Made by a program: the position numbers and the translations under genes. From Phycisphaeraceae bacterium (GTDB taxonomy: Bacteria > Planctomycetota > Phycisphaerae > Phycisphaerales > Phycisphaeraceae): a stretch of 24,000 bases of DNA. The notes beneath the pieces are model-generated. The model did no database searches. It saw nothing but the letters and a program-made list of their open reading frames with translations, and was not told the origin of the DNA. Shown piece by piece: positions 1 to 8,251 of the stretch. Each line of letters starts with the position of its first letter. Within the stretch, counting starts at the first letter, position 1. The stretch spans positions 273,675 through 297,674 of the forward strand of contig JAJDCY010000010.1 of the NCBI GenBank assembly GCA_029260595.1, given 5' to 3'.

Positions 1-23
1 GGCAACTTAATGGTGAACGATTG

Positions 24-1412
24 ATGCAGGGCGGTATGCAGTTCAAGAGGGGCCGGCCGATACACCTGCCCGCCCCGCCACAACGCCTGGCGACGGCGAC
101 GCTGCGGTTGGCCTGCCACGGGGCGCCACAGATCAGCGCTGGCCAGACCGTCCGTCAGGGTGACGTGTTGTCGCGGCCGACCGATCGGTCGATCGGTTGC
201 CGGGTCAGCCCGATCACCGGGATCGTGCGGCGCCTGGAGCAGAGGCCGACATCCGACAATGCATCGACGCACGAATCAAAAAGTGCGCCGGCACCCGACG
301 CCGGTGATTTTGATGTCGAAATCGAACCACTCGCTCCGCTCGAGGACACCACGGTCAACACGCCCCCACCGGCTGGGCGGAAGTTAAGCCAATGGCTCGA
401 CGCGTTGCGGTCGCTCGGCCCCTGGATGGACCGGGACGGCGGTGTCGGCCTGCTCGCCCAACTCGAAGCGGCCAAAGCCGATCGTCCCGACACGCTGTTC
501 TGCGTCGGGCTGGATCGCTTCGCGCCGTACCCGGATCACAGCAGCCTGCTGGTGAGTTTCCCGGAGGAACTTGTCTTGGGCACGATCCTGCTTGGTGACC
601 TGGTTGGTGCCAAGTGTGTCAGTCTGTTAGCCGGCCGCGGGATGGGCGTGTTGAGCCGCTTGCGGGTCAATTGTCGCGACCACCGCCTGTCACTGACCGC
701 GGTCGACAACCTGTATCCGTGCGCGGACCCGACGCTGATTGTCCGGCGATACGCAGCCGGGCAGCGCTGCCTGCCGCACGGGGCGAACCCGGTCGAGCAG
801 GGCGTCGTCCTGGTCAACCCGTGGACGGCGATCCTGCTCGGGCGTTGGTTCACCCATCAGCGGTTCGACATGATCCGCCCGGTGATGATCGCGTGGTCGC
901 GGCAGGCCACGCGGCTGACGCATTCCTACGCCTGGCCGGGGCAGGCGGTGTCGAGTCTTGATAGTCGACTGGCCGACTTATCCGGGACGCGGCAGTGTGT
1001 GCTACGTGGTAACCCCATGACCGGTCAGCCGATCGTTGTTGCCGAATCGGGTCAGGCCGACAAGCATCCAGCCGACGACGATCAATCTAACCAGCACCCT
1101 CCAGGCTACGCGACGATCCCCGAGCAAGACTTTTTGATCACGGTGATGGATACGGCTGGGGCGCCCCAGCGAGAGGCCTGTACCTCTTGTGGCTGGTGCG
1201 TGGATGTCTGCCCGACCGGGCTGCGGCCGATCCACCTCGCCCAGCTATGCGATTCGGGCGGTGCGCCCACGGATGATCCGCAACTAGCCGACCACCTGCC
1301 GTGGTGCGTCCATTGCGGGCTGTGTTCGCATGTCTGCCCTTCATCGATCCCGCTGGCGCAGACGCTTGCACAGGCTTGCGATACGATGGCGTCGGCCGGG
1401 GCCGATTCTTAA
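24..1412 (+). CDS. RnfC-like iron-sulfur protein: N-terminal barrel-sandwich-like segment, degenerate nucleotide-binding core, C-terminal 2x[4Fe-4S] motifs
   Basis: ORF 21..1412. Possible starts are TTG21, ATG24 and ATG36, and the frame stays open to the window edge, so the 5' end is uncertain. Two CxxCxxCxxxCP motifs (CTSCGWCVDVCP, CVHCGLCSHVCP) lie near the C-terminus. SPITGIV sits in the N-terminal part. Central blocks align by eye to recalled E. coli RnfC: YPCADPTLI vs YPSGGAKQL, VLVNPWTA vs VLMQNVGTA, GNPMTG vs GGPLMG. Confidence 0.7.
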   Translation: MQGGMQFKRGRPIHLPAPPQRLATATLRLACHGAPQISAGQTVRQGDVLSRPTDRSIGCRVSPITGIVRRLEQRPTSDNASTHESKSAPAPDAGDFDVEIEPLAPLEDTTVNTPPPAGRKLSQWLDALRSLGPWMDRDGGVGLLAQLEAAKADRPDTLFCVGLDRFAPYPDHSSLLVSFPEELVLGTILLGDLVGAKCVSLLAGRGMGVLSRLRVNCRDHRLSLTAVDNLYPCADPTLIVRRYAAGQRCLPHGANPVEQGVVLVNPWTAILLGRWFTHQRFDMIRPVMIAWSRQATRLTHSYAWPGQAVSSLDSRLADLSGTRQCVLRGNPMTGQPIVVAESGQADKHPADDDQSNQHPPGYATIPEQDFLITVMDTAGAPQREACTSCGWCVDVCPTGLRPIHLAQLCDSGGAPTDDPQLADHLPWCVHCGLCSHVCPSSIPLAQTLAQACDTMASAGADS

Positions 1413-1436
1413 CCACCGCGATAGCGCGTTATCCCT

Positions 1437-2699
1437 ATGTGTGCAGACACGTCGCCCGATCGTCGTCCGCAGGCCGCGACGCCCGGAGACCAGGCCGGGT
1501 CGCCTGCGGTCGATGGGCAATCGCATCTCGCCGGGGGCGCGGCTGCGCCTGGTTGGGGGCCGCCGTGGGTTTGGTCGCGTCACCTCCGGTCGCAACTCGA
1601 TAACCAGATGCTGTTGGTCGTCGCGGCCATGCTCGTCGTGGGCGCGGTGTTCTTCGGCTACCGAGCTGTCATCAGCGTCGGTGTTGTCGTCGCGGGTGCG
1701 ATGCTTACCTACCTGCCGATTCGCTGGGCGTTGCGGCGATTGAACCCGGCGCGGGTGCGCAGCGGGTATCGCGAGGTCATGATCCTCGGTGGGCTGCTCG
1801 GGCTGTGCCTGCCTGTCATGAGGGTATTGGCGTTGCCGCTCGTGGCCGGGCTGGTGCTCGGATGTGTCGCACACGCGGTGGGACGGACACACCGCATACG
1901 GGTGCACCCGGTCGCATTGGTGCTCGTCTTGGTGTGGCTGGTCCCGTCGTGCATGGTTCGGATCGAGGCGGTTGAGCCCGCGGCCCAGTGGCTGCAAAGC
2001 GTCGATGCCGTGCTGCGGCCGGAGCGCGCGGTACTCGGCGACGTGTTCGACGCCGGCCCAAATATGAACCACCTGCCCTGGGCCTCGCCGCAGCGGACCG
2101 ACGCGACCGACGCGCTGGCCCACGCCGATCCGTATGACGTACTAGTCCGCGAGCAGCGGAGCCTGTTGCGCCACCGGCCACTGATGGCGAACCTACTAGT
2201 GAGCGGTGAACTGGCCCCGATGGTCGACCTGCTACTCGGCGCGGCACCCGGCCCGGTGGGGTACGGCTGCCGGTTGCTGACGATCGTGCTCGGGCTGTAT
2301 CTGATGTTCCGCCGCCAGGCGTGGGGGCCGATGGCGCTGACAGCGGTGTTGGCCGCGGTCGCGGCGTTGCTGCTATTGCCGTTGGAGTATCAGGGGCGTT
2401 GGGTTATGGCCAATCAGCGCTTGGTCGCCCTCGGGCCGGTGATCGCCACGACGTACCTCTCTTACATGCTGTTGGCCGGCCCGCTGCTGTTGATCGTGCT
2501 GATCCTCGCACCCGCGGGGGCACCGATGGCTCGCCCGGGTCGGGTGATCTACGGGGCGCTCATCGGCGTCGGCGTCGTCGCGCTGCAGTGGTGGGTGGCC
2601 GCGCCCCAAGCCGCCTACGCGGCGCTGGTGGTGGCGGGGTTGATCAGCCGACCGCTCGATGCGCTGCGCCAGAGCCCATTTGTGAATCGGCCTCAGTGA
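1437..2699 (+). CDS. RnfD/NqrB-family-like polytopic membrane protein
   Basis: Strongly hydrophobic multi-TM ORF 25 nt downstream of the RnfC-like gene. The C-terminal blocks RPGRVIYGALIGVGVVAL and AAYAALVVAGLISRPLD resemble recalled E. coli RnfD NRGRLIFGALAGLLVWLI and GVAFAVLLANITVPLID. The first 57 codons are P/G/A-rich and non-hydrophobic, so ATG 1608 (MLLVVAAML...) is an alternative start. Confidence 0.6.
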   Translation: MCADTSPDRRPQAATPGDQAGSPAVDGQSHLAGGAAAPGWGPPWVWSRHLRSQLDNQMLLVVAAMLVVGAVFFGYRAVISVGVVVAGAMLTYLPIRWALRRLNPARVRSGYREVMILGGLLGLCLPVMRVLALPLVAGLVLGCVAHAVGRTHRIRVHPVALVLVLVWLVPSCMVRIEAVEPAAQWLQSVDAVLRPERAVLGDVFDAGPNMNHLPWASPQRTDATDALAHADPYDVLVREQRSLLRHRPLMANLLVSGELAPMVDLLLGAAPGPVGYGCRLLTIVLGLYLMFRRQAWGPMALTAVLAAVAALLLLPLEYQGRWVMANQRLVALGPVIATTYLSYMLLAGPLLLIVLILAPAGAPMARPGRVIYGALIGVGVVALQWWVAAPQAAYAALVVAGLISRPLDALRQSPFVNRPQ

Positions 2700-3056
2700 T
2701 TCGATCCGCCCGTCGATCTGCACACGACTCGCCGGGCGTTGACTGGCCGCGGGGGCGTGCGGCTGCGGGCAGAAATAAAAAGTCTGATATGTCCGGTGTC
2801 AGGGGTTTGGCAGGGGCTCAAATGTCTGATAATACGATGGGGGCGACCTTAGCGCAAACCTAATAAAAACAAGGGACTACAATTCGGTCACAAGAAGTAT
2901 TCAAGCATTCGAACAGTGGTGGGCGATAATGAGGGTGGAGGCTACATCGGGTCGACAAGTATGTGACTTGAGCCGGGATTGCCACCGCTAGGAAAATCGA
3001 TCATCATGCCGCCCGTTCGGCGGCGTCAATGGATCGGGAGATTAGGAACCCTACCT

Positions 3057-3338
3057 ATGAATAACATTTCATCAGTTAGCCACAGTGGGGCGCCGGCGCC
3101 AATCGAGTCGAGCCGGGCGGCGGGGACGGCTGAGACGGGGCTGTCGCCGGCGCGCATCCGTGCGAACGACCGTGTCGAGCTCTCCCGGGCGGCCCAGTTG
3201 CTCAGCCGGCTTTCCGAGCTGCCCGATGTCCGCGAAGACCTGGTCGCCCGTGTGCGCGCCGAGATCGCGGCCGGGGGCTATGAGACCGACGCGAAGATCG
3301 AGCAAGCCCTCGACCAGCTCACCGAAGACCTCGTCTGA
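3057..3338 (+). CDS. flgM: Anti-sigma-28 factor FlgM
   Basis: A 93-aa product from ATG 3057, preceded by ggga/agga purine runs. The C-terminal half, DRVELSRAAQLLSRLSELPDVREDLVARVRAEIAAGGYETDAKIEQALDQL, matches the conserved FlgM C-terminal sigma-28-binding pattern (V/IR.ekV..ik..I..G.Y.vD...iA). The TTG 2979 extension in the track adds an unconvincing basic leader. Confidence 0.75.
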   Translation: MNNISSVSHSGAPAPIESSRAAGTAETGLSPARIRANDRVELSRAAQLLSRLSELPDVREDLVARVRAEIAAGGYETDAKIEQALDQLTEDLV

Positions 3339-3468
3339 TCCACCGTTTTGACCGCATCCCAGATCAAGTGAGCCGCTCGCGGGCTGCTAGACGCCGATTA
3401 CGCGCGATCGTTGTTGCCGATCGCGGCGCGCGGCCGCGCGGGGGTGGGGGGTGTGATAAAATGGGCTG

Positions 3469-3930
3469 ATGGGTGATCCCAATAGTCCAGCGGTCGTTGG
3501 GGTTGGGGTGGGCGTATTGGTGCGGCTGCGGGGCGGTGCCCGGGAGGTGCTGATCACCCGTCGGCCGACTGACAGTGTGTTGGCGGGGTATTGGGAGTTC
3601 CCAGGGGGCAAGATCGAGTCCGGGGAGACTCCCCAGCAGTGTGTGGCGCGGGAGTATCTTGAGGAAGTTGGGCTGACCGTGCGGGTCGGGGAGCCGCTGG
3701 CGGTGATCGAGCACCGCTATCCCCACGCGGTGGTTCGCCTGACGTCATTTTTGTGCGCGCCGGTCAGTGGGCGTGTGCGGCACCTGCAAGTAACCGACCA
3801 CCAATGGGTTTCGCCGGGTGACCTGGCCGGCTATCAGTTCCCCCCTGCCAACGAGCCCCTGATCGAGGCGCTGTGCGAGCGGATCGAGATTGTGCATGAC
3901 GACGCGATCCCGGGCGGGGCGGCGACGTGA
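3469..3930 (+). CDS. mutT: Nudix hydrolase, MutT-type (8-oxo-dGTP/NTP pyrophosphohydrolase)
   Basis: Perfect Nudix box Gx5Ex7REUxEExGU: GGKIESGETPQQCVAREYLEEVGL, preceded by the MutT-like GYWEFPGG. The size (153 aa) is typical. Confidence 0.85.
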   Translation: MGDPNSPAVVGVGVGVLVRLRGGAREVLITRRPTDSVLAGYWEFPGGKIESGETPQQCVAREYLEEVGLTVRVGEPLAVIEHRYPHAVVRLTSFLCAPVSGRVRHLQVTDHQWVSPGDLAGYQFPPANEPLIEALCERIEIVHDDAIPGGAAT

Positions 3931-3988
3931 CCCGCCGACCGCATGCCCGCTGCCCCTGGGCGGTGTGAGGCGCCCGAGTGGTCGCGGG

Positions 3989-4017
3989 TTGTCAGCCTGA
4001 TGCGTTAACGGTATATT
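3989..4017 (+). promoter_or_regulatory. Candidate sigma-70-type promoter (TTGTCA-N17-TATATT) upstream of the TPR/alpha-CTD gene
   Basis: TTGTCA at 3989-3994 and TATATT at 4012-4017, with a 17-nt spacer, in a locally AT-rich intergenic patch about 100 nt upstream of ATG 4117. This is a motif match only. Confidence 0.4.
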
Positions 4018-4116
4018 TAGAAGGCTCTAAACAGCACACGGCACCGCGAGACGTGAAATCGCACCCGTTGCCGCGCCTGCCGGTTTCCGTAGACCATCTT
4101 GGAAGCAGCCCCGTCC

Positions 4117-5055
4117 ATGGATGAATCAAGCAAAAGCGTTTTATTGGACGACCGCGATATCCGCGACACGGCGACGGCTGAGAAGTATCTCGCCGCCGCG
4201 CAGGAAGCCGAGAAGAACGGCGACCGTGTCAGCGCGATCAAGTCTTACGAAGCGGCCTACACCGCCGATCCGGACCACCCGGAAGTCTGTTTTAGGCTGG
4301 CGTACCACCTCGACCTGGTCGGGGAAGAGAACGAGGCGCTGCACCTTTACGAACAGTGCATTCACACCGAGCGGCCACACCTGAACGCGCTGCTCAATCT
4401 CGCTGTGATCTACGAGGACCGCGGGCAGTACTCCAAAGCCGAGCGCTGCATCCGCCAGGTGCTCAACACCGATCCGAACCACGACCGTGCGCGGCTGTTC
4501 CTCAAAGACGTGTTGGCCAGCAACAACATGGTCATCGATGAGGAAGAGCAGACGCTGCTGGACAAGAGCGCGGTGTTGCTGGACACGCCGGTGACGGACT
4601 TCGAGTTGTCGGTGCGCACACGCAACAGCTTGCGTAAGGTTGAGATCCGCACACTTGGCGACCTGCTGCGTGTTACCGAAGCGGAGCTGCGCAGCTTCAA
4701 GAACTTCGGCGAGGCGGGGATCGAAGAGATCAAAGCCATGCTATCCCAGCGGTCGTTGCGGCTGGGCCAGGCGCTCGACAAGCAGCAGTCGGCCGCGAAG
4801 CAGGCGGTCTACGACCAGCTCAAGACCGACACGGGCTCGAACGACGAGGTGTTCAACCGATCGGTGAACGAGCTTGGTGTATCCGTGCGGGCAAGAAAGG
4901 CGCTGGCGATGCTGAATATCCAGACGATCGGCGACCTGTGTCTCAAGACCGAGCCGGAGCTGATGGGGGTGAAGAATTTCGGGGTGACCAGCCTCAACGA
5001 GATCCGGGAAAAGCTCACGGAAATGAGCCTGTCCCTGCGGACTCTGGAGGCGTGA
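4117..5055 (+). CDS. TPR-repeat protein with two RNA polymerase alpha-subunit C-terminal-domain (alpha-CTD)-like modules
   Basis: Three consecutive 34-aa TPR units lie at nt 4177-4482 (AEKYLAAAQ...DPDH / PEVCFRLAY...ERPH / LNALLNLAV...DPNH). Two helix-hairpin-helix modules lie at nt 4576-4767 (DFELSVRTRNSLRKVEIRTLGDLLRVTEAELRSFKNFGEAGIEEIKAMLSQRSLRLG) and nt 4855-5043 (ELGVSVRARKALAMLNIQTIGDLCLKTEPELMGVKNFGVTSLNEIREKLTEMSLSL). Both align closely by eye to recalled E. coli RpoA [57 protein letters not shown]. I prefer ATG 4117 to the TTG 4099 in the track. Confidence 0.85.
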   Translation: MDESSKSVLLDDRDIRDTATAEKYLAAAQEAEKNGDRVSAIKSYEAAYTADPDHPEVCFRLAYHLDLVGEENEALHLYEQCIHTERPHLNALLNLAVIYEDRGQYSKAERCIRQVLNTDPNHDRARLFLKDVLASNNMVIDEEEQTLLDKSAVLLDTPVTDFELSVRTRNSLRKVEIRTLGDLLRVTEAELRSFKNFGEAGIEEIKAMLSQRSLRLGQALDKQQSAAKQAVYDQLKTDTGSNDEVFNRSVNELGVSVRARKALAMLNIQTIGDLCLKTEPELMGVKNFGVTSLNEIREKLTEMSLSLRTLEA

Positions 5056-5058
5056 GAT

Positions 5059-5076
5059 CGGCCGGGGGAACGGCCG
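5059..5076 (+). terminator. GC-rich hairpin just after the TPR/alpha-CTD stop codon (possible terminator)
   Basis: CGGCCG-GGGGAA-CGGCCG (6-bp stem, 6-nt loop) begins 4 nt after the TGA at 5053-5055. No clear U-tract follows, so the call is weak. Confidence 0.3.
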
Positions 5077-5353
5077 TGTGACGAGCAAACGGATGTGTTC
5101 GACGGTTCCTGCCTAAGCCCGGGGGCGGTTTTAGGGTGAAAAAAAAGCGATTTGCAGGGATGCCGCAGCCGTGTTTGGCCGCCTATGATTTAGACATGGG
5201 GGGCGATGCACCATTGCCGCGCACCACGTCCCGCCGGGCTGCGAGAACCTTCTCGATACCGTACCCACACTCGCACCGGCGCCGACGTTTTCATGCGCAC
5301 ACAACAGGTTATCGGGGGCACGGGCGTAGTTCAGACCATTCGGGAGGCAGCCG

Positions 5354-6802
5354 ATGAAAGCGCATATGGACCGGCAAGCATTCTTGACCGTCACGCAGGC
5401 TCGAATCCTCACGGTGTTGATCGCAACACTGCTGCTTGGCGGCGGTCAGGTATCCGCTCAGCATCTGTTGGGGCCGGACAGTTTGCGGTCATCGTTGGAG
5501 CATCTTGCCGGGCAGTCGGTACCCAACCAGATCGTGCCCGCAGCCGAGGCCAGCCGACACGGGCTGGTGCTGTCGTACGCCATGAGCCCGCAGAACAAAG
5601 TGTTCCAGTACATCGGGCGGCGTACCAACCCTTACGACAATGCGATGGTCGCGATCGCGATGACGATGAGCGGGCAGCCACAGATCGCCGAGCGGATCAT
5701 CGACGGGTTGATCCGCAGTGCTCCGCCGCCGCCGCGTGTGGGTCGGGATGTTTTTCTCGATGGCGACCTGTGGTTCTCGGTGAACACGCACAATGCCTAC
5801 CCCAGCCAGGACAACGACGGGCAGGCGCGGATCCGCACGGGTGCGAATTGCTGGGCGGGGTATGCGATCACCTACGTGCTCCAGGCCGCGCGGGCGGAGC
5901 ACCCGATGGTGCTCCAGCGTAAGCGGGCCCGGCGGTACCTCGCGTTCGCCGAGCGGATGGCCAAAGCGGTGATGGCGCGGCAGATCAATGACGTGCATGA
6001 TATGCGTCACAACCTGGTGACCGGTGGGTGGGGAACCTACAAATATAAAGGCGGCAGTGGCCGGCCGGTCGAGGTATTCGTCCCCGGTGAGTTGAGTTGG
6101 TGCTCGACCGAGCACAACATCGCCGCGTACTTCTTTCTGCGGGAGCTCGCCGCGCTGACCGGCAACGATGACTACCGCCACACCGCCGAGCAGATCCGCG
6201 ACGCCCTGCTGTTCTACTTCAACGAGCAGACCGGCCAGTTCGCCCGCGGGGTCGGGACGGACGGCCCGGATCATTATCTGGCGCTCGATGTTGCGTCGTG
6301 GGGGTCGCTGTTCCTGCTGGCGATCGGCGAGGAAGACAAGGCCAGGCGGGCGCTCGAGGCCACGCTGCGGTACGAGAACGAGTCCAGCGGCGTATACGGG
6401 TATCGCCCGGCCGCGGGGACGCGGGTGTATGAGAGTATGGCCCAGCAGCTATGGTATTTTCCCAATGAGCCCAACCGGTCGTGGGACGAGACGCCGCTGG
6501 TGTGGTCGGAGGGCAGTTTGGGCGTCGCGATGGCGTGCCTGCGGCTGGATGAGGTTGATCGCGGCAAGCGGATTTTGCAGGCGATGCTCGGCCCGACGAT
6601 GAATATCGAAGGCGGTATCCGGTATGCCGACCGCGTGATCGAAGGCGAGTTCGAGGATTCGCCTTCGTCGGCGTCGACCGCGTGGGCGGTGATGTCTTTG
6701 CACCAACTCCAACGCGCCCCACTCGCTGATTTGTTCCTCGGCCCCGACCTGGGAGAAGCCCGCGCCCGGCTGGTTCCACGCCGGTACTACAGCCCGCGGT
6801 GA
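5354..6802 (+). CDS. Secreted hypothetical protein, helical-repeat (possible alpha/alpha-toroid, six-hairpin-glycosidase-like) fold
   Basis: GGGAGG lies 7 nt upstream of ATG 5354. The N-terminus is a signal-peptide-like sequence (ILTVLIATLLLGGGQVSA-QH). Aromatic/small-residue helix pairs recur (NAMVAIAM, NCWAGYAITY, EHNIAAYFFL, DVASWGSLFLL, WSEGSLGVAMACL, ASTAWAVMS), as in alpha/alpha-barrel enzymes. The function is not established. Confidence 0.75.
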   Translation: MKAHMDRQAFLTVTQARILTVLIATLLLGGGQVSAQHLLGPDSLRSSLEHLAGQSVPNQIVPAAEASRHGLVLSYAMSPQNKVFQYIGRRTNPYDNAMVAIAMTMSGQPQIAERIIDGLIRSAPPPPRVGRDVFLDGDLWFSVNTHNAYPSQDNDGQARIRTGANCWAGYAITYVLQAARAEHPMVLQRKRARRYLAFAERMAKAVMARQINDVHDMRHNLVTGGWGTYKYKGGSGRPVEVFVPGELSWCSTEHNIAAYFFLRELAALTGNDDYRHTAEQIRDALLFYFNEQTGQFARGVGTDGPDHYLALDVASWGSLFLLAIGEEDKARRALEATLRYENESSGVYGYRPAAGTRVYESMAQQLWYFPNEPNRSWDETPLVWSEGSLGVAMACLRLDEVDRGKRILQAMLGPTMNIEGGIRYADRVIEGEFEDSPSSASTAWAVMSLHQLQRAPLADLFLGPDLGEARARLVPRRYYSPR

Positions 6803-6853
6803 GTCACGCGTCCAACCAGTGCCCGTCAGGTTTATTTATGTTCGCGCGCTGTG

Positions 6854-8251
6854 CTACCTATCTCTGCCCGGCCGACGCAGAAGAGTGAAGGTGATATCGC
6901 CTAAACGTTCATCTGAGCGAAGCGCTCTCTCGTCAGATCGATCGATACCATCGTTGTCGGTCCTGTCGGGTCCGACACTATAAATGACGATTCGATCTTC
7001 CCTGTGCTGATAGCGAACTGTTTGTGTGGCAAATGGGTCGATGGGAACCGTATCGAGGTACTCGGGGACGAGTTGATCGAGTGTCGTCGGAAAGTCGCCG
7101 TGTGCTGCCTGATAACGTTTGACTGCGATAGCAGTCTGAGCGAGCTCCGTCGCCGTGAGAATCTGCTGCGTTGTAGAGATCCAGGTCCTATAGGTGGGGA
7201 GCAGCGCCCGTGATCTGTAAAACTGCCGAGGCATCGACTCGCGGATCGAAGCGATATCCATTCGTTCAAGTTGGTGCGGCTGTTTAGCACTATCGATCAT
7301 CTGTCGCATCAGGTGCAGATAGGTGAGTTGGTCTCGTTGATAGTTTCCGAACAGATTCCAAGCCAGCGCCTTACACCAGTTGGGCGCTTGTGCCGGGGTG
7401 TCAATGAGGAGGTTCTTCGACCTGTCGGTGCCGAGGTCGTCAAAGTCAGCAAGGCCGATGATGCGCTCGCCGGTCAGGGCACGTGCCAACACGGTGTTGT
7501 CGTTTACTGAGTCAAGTGCATTCGACAATCGATCAAGCGATTCATCTGACGCCTGTAGGTCGCTTAGGTTGTGCTCCAGGCTCCATAGGGCACCGGCGAA
7601 AACGGTCACGCGAATCAAGTGAGCGAAGAGGCGGGGCTCACGGTTCAAGGATTTGCCAAGTGCCACGATCTGCAGGATCGACTCGATCGCTTTCTCGTCT
7701 TGGTGCTCGAGCTTGTGGCTCATTGCTTCGAGGAATAAGAGTCGCGTTAAGTATCGCAGGGCAGCCAGATGTAGGAGCGACGCGCCCCGGCCGTCGGTAT
7801 GATCGACGCCGTAACGGCTAGGAGCGTTTGGATCGGTTTGATGCATGAGCGCCAATGGGCGCTGGTTGGCGGCTAGGTATTCGGTGATTGCTGCGACGAC
7901 CGGTTCTGGTGTTACCGCGCCGATGTCGGGTAGCTCGGCATCACCTAGCACGGGTAGATTGGCAACCGTGGCGTCGTCGTGTACCCGAGCCCCATACGCG
8001 TTCATGTAGGCGTGCGCTGCGTTCGGGCCTTCTGGGATTGTGTGCCACCGATCAAGCTCTTCAAGCGTTGCCGGGTACCCCTCTGCCCGGATGCGATCCA
8101 GTTCCTGTGCGACGCGGTGGATTAGGTAGAGTCGGACGGGGATTAGCAGGACGAAAATAATATACAGCGCCGTCAGGCTGATGGGGATAAGCAGGAGTAG
8201 TTTGGATAGCCACGGGCGGCGGGTTGGCGCGGTCGCAGGGGGGGTGGCCAT
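6854..8251 (-). CDS. Membrane-anchored hypothetical protein with a GspG-like C-terminal motif
   Basis: The track ORF 6854..8395 runs into the tRNA gene, so I take the internal ATG at 8251 (MATPPATAPTRRPWLSKLLLLIPISLTALYIIFVLLIPV: one N-terminal TM). A long helical region follows. The C-terminus, GDFPTTLDQLVPEYLDTVPIDPFATQTVRYQHREDRIVIYSVGPDRTDNDGID, resembles the C-terminal sheet region of type II secretion pseudopilin G, but there is no prepilin leader. G+C is lower than in the neighbours. Confidence 0.7.
   Translation of the reverse strand: MATPPATAPTRRPWLSKLLLLIPISLTALYIIFVLLIPVRLYLIHRVAQELDRIRAEGYPATLEELDRWHTIPEGPNAAHAYMNAYGARVHDDATVANLPVLGDAELPDIGAVTPEPVVAAITEYLAANQRPLALMHQTDPNAPSRYGVDHTDGRGASLLHLAALRYLTRLLFLEAMSHKLEHQDEKAIESILQIVALGKSLNREPRLFAHLIRVTVFAGALWSLEHNLSDLQASDESLDRLSNALDSVNDNTVLARALTGERIIGLADFDDLGTDRSKNLLIDTPAQAPNWCKALAWNLFGNYQRDQLTYLHLMRQMIDSAKQPHQLERMDIASIRESMPRQFYRSRALLPTYRTWISTTQQILTATELAQTAIAVKRYQAAHGDFPTTLDQLVPEYLDTVPIDPFATQTVRYQHREDRIVIYSVGPDRTDNDGIDRSDERALRSDERLGDITFTLLRRPGRDR

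Noticed and set aside
2806-2826. A sigma-54 -24/-12 promoter suggested by TTGGCAGGGGCTCAAATG upstream of flgM.
   Set aside because: TGGCA is present, but the -12 TTGC element at the required spacing is absent; CAAA occupies that position.
3428-3441. A perfect 14-bp GC palindrome (CGCGCGGCCGCGCG) between flgM and mutT, considered as an operator or terminator.
   Set aside because: Pure alternating-GC palindromes of this size are common in GC-rich DNA. There is no U-tract and no second copy in the window, so no specific function can be supported.
5131-5412. Small ORFs in the 298-nt spacer between the TPR/alpha-CTD gene and the secreted-protein gene (5131..5412 minus, 5136..5357 plus, 5206..5922 plus).
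   Set aside because: The products are basic low-complexity sequences with no motifs or ribosome-binding context. The 238-aa ORF is an out-of-frame overlap of the well-supported 5354..6802 gene.
6864-6890. A possible degenerate att-type direct repeat of the tRNA-Leu 3' end. tgcccggccgacgcagaagagtgaagg resembles tgcggccgagaggagtcgaacc at 8352-8373.
   Set aside because: Only short patches match (ggccga, then agagt.gaa) and indels are needed. The segment lies inside the coding 3' end of the low-GC gene. I cannot distinguish this from chance without an alignment statistic.
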